Source: Rhodosorus marinus CCMP1338 (lineage: Eukaryota; Plantae; Rhodophyta). Taken from it: 64,000 nucleotides of DNA. The DNA lies in contig JAMWBK010000001.1 of assembly GCA_029953675.1 (NCBI GenBank), positions 1,364,001-1,428,000 on the forward strand, in the 5' to 3' direction. The notes beneath the pieces were generated by a model that was not told where the DNA came from, did no database searches, and saw nothing but the letters and a program-made list of their open reading frames with translations. Positions within the stretch are counted from its first letter, which is position 1. Each line of letters begins with the position of its first letter. Shown here piece by piece: positions 57,003 to 64,000 of the stretch. Made by a program: the position numbers and the translations under genes.

Positions 57003-58412
57003 ATGGTAGGGATATCTCGGCGCTCGACGGAGCCTCCTCCCAAGGAGGCACTGCCAGGTGGGGGACTCCGTGTTCGCCTCAGCTGCGGCACGTTTTCTTC
57101 CGAGGCTGACTTGGAAGGCGCTTCTGGCACCCAGGCGCGTGCACTTATCTCCGCTGTCACCAGCCTGATCACGGCTGCGAGTGATCGTGGAGTGCTCCCT
57201 CAGCTCACCAAGAAGCTAGGTGGGCTGGAATCGGGATTGCTGGCCAGGTCAAATTCAAATTCGGACGAGAATTTGAATTGCCCCAGAGTGGCAGGATTGG
57301 CTGAAGGCAGTCAACATCAGGTCAATCAACATGAACCTGTCCCGGGACAGGCGAGGGCTGTTGCTTCTGCGCGGGACAGTACGACGTTGGGGAGCGGCAG
57401 GCCGGGCCAAAACGCGCTTCAGCGCTCGGGGACTCGAGGCAATGGTGGTGGTGACTGTGCGGCAACCGGTGTGGAGGAGACTGCAGCTGTGGACTTCCCT
57501 CTCTTGGACCAGCCCTCAGGTGGTCACCAGCTCCCGGCTACTTCGGGGGCACGTGGTGGCCGCAAGGGGGGTGCTTCGTACGCATCAGTCTTGCGGAAGG
57601 GCACCACTGCCACACGTACGGCGGCTATGCTCCGTTTCATACCATCTCGCGAGCCTCAGGATGGACCTGTGGAGACCACTCTCCAATTTCTGTGGGTGCG
57701 AAATGTCCGGCCCCAGACTACACGAGGACAGGTTCCGTCTATGCGAGACTTCCGGGACACTTTTGCGGAATCGTTAGGGTGCAGCCGGGGTGATTTCTTC
57801 TTCGCAAACTATGAGGGCCGCGATGTGCTGTTTTTGGTCTCCGCAACCGCCGCCAAGTACCTGGAGGCCTTGCTGGCGAAGCCTACCGAGCAGTGGCCTG
57901 AGACCGCCCGGTGGCTGCGCTGCAACCCGCAGGTGGTTTTGCACTTCGATTTTGACCGTTTCTCGGGCAATTTCCTGTCTCCGGGAGAAACGGCAGGGCT
58001 CTCTGAGCATGAGAGCAGCGTGAAGGCGGCAGCGATCCATTGGCTACGGATTCAGCGCCTTGAGAGGATCTTGTTGGAGCGGTTCCGGTCGGGCCCTCGT
58101 CACCTGCGCATGGCGGTTTCCAGTTTCTTCGATCTGGAGAGGCGACTTGTGCTGACTTCGCGCTACAAGACAGAGCTGCAGCGGGTGGGTATTTTGGAGG
58201 GCTCTGCTTCCAGCACTACTTCCAGCGAGAGTGGTGAGGAAGGGGAGCAGACTGAGGGCATGGCGGTGGAGGACGCCCAGGTTACTTTGCTGAAGCCCGC
58301 GGGATCCGTTCCGCGAGCCTCGCGGAGTGGGCGGCTCACGACTTTGGTGCGGATAGGAGGTAAGAGAGCGAGGACCGACTCCCCCGGGTCTAAGGAGGAG
58401 AAGCACGATTAG
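57003..58412 (+). CDS. Retrotransposon ORF1 (putative RNA-binding, RRM-like)
   Basis: Open frame from ATG 57003. SYASVL motif, FLWVRNV..helix..FFFA..VLFLV..helix pattern, basic C-terminal KRAR. Conserved in the copy at 48623-49778. Confidence 0.75.
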   Translation: MVGISRRSTEPPPKEALPGGGLRVRLSCGTFSSEADLEGASGTQARALISAVTSLITAASDRGVLPQLTKKLGGLESGLLARSNSNSDENLNCPRVAGLAEGSQHQVNQHEPVPGQARAVASARDSTTLGSGRPGQNALQRSGTRGNGGGDCAATGVEETAAVDFPLLDQPSGGHQLPATSGARGGRKGGASYASVLRKGTTATRTAAMLRFIPSREPQDGPVETTLQFLWVRNVRPQTTRGQVPSMRDFRDTFAESLGCSRGDFFFANYEGRDVLFLVSATAAKYLEALLAKPTEQWPETARWLRCNPQVVLHFDFDRFSGNFLSPGETAGLSEHESSVKAAAIHWLRIQRLERILLERFRSGPRHLRMAVSSFFDLERRLVLTSRYKTELQRVGILEGSASSTTSSESGEEGEQTEGMAVEDAQVTLLKPAGSVPRASRSGRLTTLVRIGGKRARTDSPGSKEEKHD

Positions 58413-58443
58413 CGCTCCAGGCACGGCTGCGAGGTCGCAGCCT

Positions 58444-61400
58444 ATGGATCTACAGTCTTATGTCCTGAAGGAGGGCGGAGACTGGGGCATTTGGCGTACG
58501 CGTTTTCGGAGTTGGCTCCGGCGGTGGATTTCTTTGGAAGGAGGCTCGCTTCCCCTCCGTGGGGGCATTCCCCCTGTCGTCCTTCCTCGTGGAGACCTTC
58601 TAGTAGCTGGAACCATTCTCGATTTCATCTTCACGAGCCTGGCTCGCAACATTCGGGACACAGTCATTTGGGTTTTTCTGGGGGTCATGCCGCGCCTGAT
58701 TCTGGCCCCCATTCACACATCGGAGCGCAGATGGCGAGTACGAGACCGACTGGCCCTGTTCTTGAAGGGAGACCTCGAAGTACTACAGCGCAGCTATTTG
58801 GCGTCGTCAGCACCATCCGCCCGTCGGACTCGGCATGGCACAGTGTCGCCCGTGCCGGTTCGAGTACAGAAATTGGTAGCAGTGGGCGATTTAAGTCGAG
58901 CGGCGCGGGTTTTGGAGGGCCAGGCGCCTGTCCTCCCCTACGATGATAGTCTCGCCCAGACGGTGTGGTCTTTGTTCCCTGAGTCCGACGTGGACTTGTC
59001 CCCTGAATTCGAGGTGTTCTTGGACCGTCCGGAGTTGGCCAGGTTTCGCATCGATCTGACGCTCAGTGAGTCTGACCTGGAGGATTTGCTTCGTACCTCG
59101 CGTCGGGGACGCTGTCCCGGACCCTCCGGACTAAGAACAGAGCTATTCCAGGCCCTGAGCCAGCCTGGCAAGAGCGCGCTTCTGAGGATCCTTAACAAGT
59201 TGTTCCAGGGCGTATCGGGTGCGTCTGCGCCATGGGAACATCTCCGGCAGGCACAGCTTTGCTTGCTCACGAAACCTGACCACCAGCCGGCCCACCCGCG
59301 TCTCCGGCCGATCGGGATGGTGGAGAGCCTACGGAAGTTAGCCGGGAGGTGGCTATGCCAGCGCCTTCGTCAGCGCGTCACAACTTTTATGGCGCCTTTG
59401 CAAGTAGGGGTGGGATTCTCTGGGGGTTGTGAACTGATCACCCATGGGATCGAGCTAGAACGCGCCAGTAGGCCGGAGTGGGGAGTCTTGGTGGTTGATT
59501 TCCGGAACGCATTCAACAGCGTGTCGCGGACGCATGCGCTAGAGGTGCTCCGACGGGTGTTTCCGGAGGCGTGGCCGTTTCTATCGGGTATTTACGGAGG
59601 GGAGAGCCTCCCCTACTTGACACCGGAGGGCACTATTTTTCAAGCACATACTGGCGTCCAACAAGGCAACCCTTGCGGACCTCTTCTTCATGCCTGTGCC
59701 CTACAGCTCGTACTTTTACGTCTTTCGACTGAGGTCTCGGATCTTCGAATCTGCGCGTACCACGATGACGTAACATTGCTGGGCACCCTTGACACCCTGG
59801 CTAGGGGACTGACCGCGATCGAAGCGATTGCACGTCGCGTCGGTTTGACTGTGGAAACAGAAAAATGTCGCTTTCTCCCCCCGAGGGACGTGTCGCTGAA
59901 CTCTCTGCCACCCACTCTGCGACTAATCAGCGAACGTGAAGGGTTCGAACACCACGGCGTCGGATTGGGGACTGACAACTTTGTCCAAGCATCCTGCGAG
60001 CGAGTTTTGGCACGGCACAAGCAACTCACCGACGCCATTGAGCACCTACCCGACAGCATGCTGCAATCGGCCTGCTTGCTTTCCCGCTTTTGTGCCGGTC
60101 CCAGACTCAACTACTGGTTGCGCAGCCTGCCTCCAGCTTGGGGCTCGTGGATCGCGGCTAAAGCCGACGAAATGACCCTGCAACACTGGGGAACGCTCTT
60201 GGATGAGCCCATCGATCTTGAAGCTGCTCCCGACAGGGACTTTATCCGTGCACAGATCGCTCTACCGTTGCGATTAGGGATTCGGCGTCGCAGACCGTGG
60301 GCTGGTATGCTCGCCAGCGGCGGTTGCCTCCTGGGCTACCGCGCTGCGAACGTTGGTGACCTTCCAGATGCGAAGTGCCTGCCTCTTGGCTCGAGCTTTG
60401 ACCAACGAGGATCCAGTGACCCTGCCGCCCCCGCTTTTGACAATTTATGATGGTCTTCAACACGCGTTCAGGAGGTGCAACGCCGTGCCGGACGCAAATC
60501 GGTCCCGCTTTCGTTCCTGGAGGGAGCTGTTATGGGGACGAGCTGAAGCGATTGAGGATTGTCCCCTCGACCGAGTTCTTGCCGATGACGGAGAGGCTAG
60601 CCCCGGGTCCCCTGTTGCAGACTACCCGGGTTTGAGCCGATTGTGGAGCTCCCGCACTGATGTGATTCAACATAGCCTCACCTGGGGCCAACACAGTGCC
60701 GCTCACACAGTCATGCTCAATTCTCCTCTCACGCCGCCTACCACTGCCGCTCGTCTCCGCGGCATGGGAGGCCACCTCTCGCACTTGTGGTTAACCATTC
60801 TACCGTCGTCATTGAGTCATCGTCTCGATGCTTTCCAGTTCCGTTCTGCCGCACGGATCTATCTCGGTTTGCCACAGGCTCCGTGGCACTCTAATCGGCC
60901 GTCTTTCTCTCAGGGATGTGAGAGCCGGATTGACGCTTGTGGCTACCACTTCCTGGGTTCCTGCGGACTGTTGCGAGGTCTCCGTACGAGGCGTCACACT
61001 CGCCTCAAGTACATCCTCAGCGAACTTTTGACTCGGATAGGGCATACGGTTGAGGTTGAGTCGGAACTGCCCAGATCAATCTCGGACTCTGCACCGCCCC
61101 GTTGTATAGCCGATCTCCTCGTCTCTGACGCTGCTGCCAGACGCTCAACATATGTGGACCTTGCGATTACCTGCCCCGTGGCCAGCGCCCACCTCACCGC
61201 AGCCGCCCGCCGCCGGGGGGCCGCGGCTTCAGCCATTCGAAGAGTTAAGGAACGACGGTATGCTGAGAGCATGGCCAGTCTGCCTTGCGCTGAGGGTCGC
61301 TCTCACCGGTTCCAGCCATTCATTGTGGAAAGCTTTGGTCACGTGGATAAGTCGGGTTTAGAGTGGTTGCGGAAATGTTTTGCTGAGCATCCTACTGAAT

Positions 61401-61513
61401 ATTTGGCGCTCTTGAGGCGTTTAAGTGTCTCCCTTTGGCGATATTCCAGCGACATGCTTTCCGAGGCGCGCCATCGGCGCCTGGGGTTGCATACTTCCCT
61501 CCCTAGTTATTAG
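58444..61513 (+). CDS. Retrotransposon ORF2: reverse transcriptase, CCHC knuckle and restriction-like endonuclease (one frameshift at ~60277)
   Basis: LRPIG, QVGVG, VDFRNAFNSVSR, GVQQGNPCGPLL, YHDD, LPLRLG/GFGV, CQGC..GYHFLGSC, RRH, AD/VD/K motifs. Frameshift lies in a G-run. Confidence 0.92.
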
Positions 61514-61588
61514 TTCATCTTCACGCCTTGCGTAGCGCTTCAGGCTATGCTAGTAAAGTCCATCTTAACATTAGCCTGCTCGATATTT

Positions 61589-61656
61589 CCGGATCATCCT
61601 GAGGGCTAACGTTGTAAAAGGGCCATAGGGGCACGTTAGCCCTAGGGATGATCCGG
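61589..61656. repeat. 24-bp inverted repeat with 20-nt loop
   Basis: ccggatcatcctgagggctaacgt ... acgttagccctagggatgatccgg (2 mismatches). Confidence 0.85.
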
Positions 61657-61758
61657 CAAGTCCTATGTAGGTTTCGATGAATGGTTTCGATAGGGAGGGC
61701 GATAATAAAAATCATTCGAGGGGTAAAAAAATTCATTCCAGGGGTACCCTCGATGCTG

Positions 61759-62070
61759 TGCATGAATGCCGCTTTGACGTTGGAGGCGCGAGTTCTTCGC
61801 CGCACTTAGTCTTTTTTTCCCCTCGGGGGTGTTTCTTTCAGCCTCGGATTAAACCATTCGTTCGATGCTGAAGCATTTCGACAGGGGCCATAGGGCGAAG
61901 TTTAGTGGTTTTTAATTGCCCTATGCAGTAGATTTATTAATTCATGCCTATGGATCCGTAGCGTACGAACGCTGCTTTGATGTTGTGGAGGCGCGCGATC
62001 TTCGCGGCGCATAGTCTTTTTTTTCCCTCGGGGTTTTTTCTTTAGTCTCCGATTAAACAAATTCAGTCAT
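61759..62070 (+). mobile_element. Two very short family B 3' tails (61759-61863, ~61960-62070)
   Basis: B 3'UTR. The first has TSD GATGCTG at 61752-61758 and 61864-61870. Confidence 0.8.
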
Positions 62071-62250
62071 GGTAGTGCAACTAGACCAGGTCGGATCCCA
62101 GACCCAACAAAAAAAGCCCTGTGGCTCCACAGATATCTCCGTGAACAACCAGAGGTATATTGTAGCTGGCGCAAGGCAGGCTGCTGAGTACGCGGGTCCA
62201 CTTGTCCGCTAAAAACATAGTATGCTGTATCGGAGCTGAGGTAAAAGCTT

Positions 62251-63252
62251 TTAGTACAAAATCCCGCCGAGCATACCCTGGTAGACACCAGAAGCTGTTC
62301 GTATTATCAGAGGGCATCCTCCGGGGGTGTTGATACTGTACTGGGTGACTCCTTCCCCGCTAGAGAATAGGCGATTGTTGAAGAGAATAAGCCCAACCGT
62401 TCCTCCCACGTCCGATTCGCACTTCACCTCCAACTGCGCGTCAGCGATGTCGTAGGCAGTTACGCTGTCGCATCCAACATATAAAATCTTTAGATCTTCG
62501 GAAAGCACTAAACTTTCCACACAGGGAGATTTGACCTCGGCAACCACCTCAAGCGTATCCGGGTTCCACCGTCGTATGGTCTTAGTCAAGAGGCTTGGGA
62601 GGAACGGGTTAACTGCGTAGAGATCGGATTGTCCCCTGATCTCAAAATGAGCAATGTAGATCGTTCTGACTTCGTTCACCTTCGTGTAGTTCTGGGAAAC
62701 GTCGTACTGCATGACAATTCCTTCGCTCTTGAGCTCAGGAATATTGTACCCCACGTATAAATACTTGGCCGTGAGCGCAGCATCCACGGGCTCTAGTTGG
62801 AAGTTTCCGTACATCTCAGGTTTGATCTCAACCTCGGTCTGGAGGGTTATTGGCTCCATGATCTTGACGGATTTGCCCACTGGAGAGATCAAAAGCATTT
62901 TCTCTATGAGATCATCGCTCGAACCTCGGATGAAGATCGGTCCTTGTGACGTGAGGAGATTATCTCTCGTCTCAAGTAATTTCCCGTCCTCATCGATATG
63001 CCATCGACGAACGAAGCCGGCATCATCTGTTTTCTCCCACGTATACATGTATGAGCGGTACCGCATTACGGTCTTGTATCCTTCGCCACCTTCTTGAGGT
63101 TTAAGCATCTGCATCGCCCTGCTACCATTTCTGAGGCTGTGTGCAGCGTACAGCTCAATATTTCCCAGCTCATCAACAACCGCGACGTTGGTCTTACAAT
63201 GAGCCAGTGATCCTATCAAGCTGATGAGCACGAAAGCAAACACTACTTTCAT
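62251..63252 (-). CDS. Secreted hypothetical protein, probable beta-propeller fold
   Basis: 333-aa ORF with signal peptide MKVVFAFVLISLIGSLAHC. Repeated beta-strand patterns (YLYVGY, LYAV, IRRWNPDTLEVV, LYVGCD.VTAYD). Confidence 0.72.
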   Translation of the reverse strand: MKVVFAFVLISLIGSLAHCKTNVAVVDELGNIELYAAHSLRNGSRAMQMLKPQEGGEGYKTVMRYRSYMYTWEKTDDAGFVRRWHIDEDGKLLETRDNLLTSQGPIFIRGSSDDLIEKMLLISPVGKSVKIMEPITLQTEVEIKPEMYGNFQLEPVDAALTAKYLYVGYNIPELKSEGIVMQYDVSQNYTKVNEVRTIYIAHFEIRGQSDLYAVNPFLPSLLTKTIRRWNPDTLEVVAEVKSPCVESLVLSEDLKILYVGCDSVTAYDIADAQLEVKCESDVGGTVGLILFNNRLFSSGEGVTQYSINTPGGCPLIIRTASGVYQGMLGGILY

Positions 63253-63854
63253 CTTCCAGCGCGCTTTTCTGTCTTCTCAGAAAGAGGTGTAAAAACCAAC
63301 CACGTCTGTTTTCGATCGGCGAAACCTAACTGAAATTTCAGCAGCAGACTACTACGAACGAATAGACTACTAGGAGCAATGCTAGGAATAGCTTGTTATC
63401 AGCTTCACACAGAAGAAACAGCGTGAACTTTCTTTTAAGCGTCTGCTTGGTTTGGCAGCCTCTCCAACAGATTCCTCTTATTCCCTCAACAAGTCGTTGC
63501 ACTAATTCTGTTCCAGTTGTTCCAGTTGCACCTTCCCCCTCTCGTGCCAAATGATGTTTCACAATCCCCACACTAAATTTATATACACTCTAGCAGTACC
63601 CCAGGTCCAAGCTCGCAAACGTCGACGTGGAGGTCTTTACCACTTTAGTTGGTTTTGTCTCTTTACGGCGTCTAGCCAAATCTCCAGATGGTTGGAACCA
63701 ATCAAAAGAGCTTTTTGGCGCATGCTAAAATTAGAACTTGACTTTAGATTTCGAACGGAAAGAGAATCTTCGCATATGATCGCCCAGTCTAGTTGTGTAC
63801 ATCTGAGGGGTCCAAAATTTTCTCCTCGCTGGGTAGAATATAATGGTGTTGTCA

Positions 63855-64000
63855 TGTACCGTCCGATAAGGTTTATCGGACAGTACGGATATTTTTTGAA
63901 GTGGAAAGACTATTGAAACACAGCATAAGACGAATGGGTGTCCAAATAAAATTATTCGAAAACTAGGTCCGATTGCCCGTCCGATAAACAGGACCGATAA
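63855..64000. repeat. GTCCGATAA inverted and direct repeats, possible DNA transposon terminus
   Basis: gtac-c-GTCCGATAA-ggt-TTATCGGAC-a-gtac hairpin (63856-63886); further copies at 63980-64000. Confidence 0.45.

Larger units (their letters stand above)
56736..61561 (+). mobile_element. Full-length family A RLE-type (CRE-like) non-LTR retrotransposon, 4.8 kb, two ORFs
   Basis: 9-bp TSD ATCTTAACA (56727-56735, 61562-61570); the flanks rejoin into a continuous Copia motif. Contains ORF1, RT and RLE; no poly(A). Confidence 0.93.

Noticed and set aside
1-64000. rRNA, tRNA, telomeric repeats, TnpB/Fanzor or HDV-like ribozyme
   Set aside because: None recognisable by eye. An Infernal scan of 56736-57002 would be needed to exclude a 5' ribozyme.

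Overview
This is eukaryotic genomic DNA (intronless secreted-protein genes embedded in retroelement debris). The host is probably an alga or protist, but it cannot be assigned from sequence alone. No rRNA, tRNA or CRISPR arrays were seen. (1) There is an array of very large secreted proteins: four intact genes at 5038, 16278, 23351 and 44152, plus a decayed copy at about 9090-12315. Each has a PQQ-type glucose/sorbosone-dehydrogenase (GSDH) beta-propeller followed by Ig-like (Big_5/SbsA-like), NPCBM/NEW2-like and bacterial-type His/Cys C-terminal modules, an architecture that suggests horizontal transfer. An 11-nt motif GGAACATYGGC is concentrated upstream of three of them. (2) Four other intact genes, all with signal peptides, encode an RTX-repeat-like protein, a Cys-rich protein, a CxxxCxxxC hairpin-peptide precursor split by a +1 frameshift, and a propeller-like protein. 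(3) Two families (A and B) of CRE-like non-LTR retrotransposons with restriction-like endonucleases (RLE) are present. One family A copy is full length (56736-61561, 9-bp TSD) and has an unusual two-ORF layout and a 5' tag copied from its own 3' end. Family A target-site duplications (TSDs) point to a CT^AG(T) preference, which would explain repeated nesting into older copies' tails. (4) There are Copia relics and several local repeats and hairpins.
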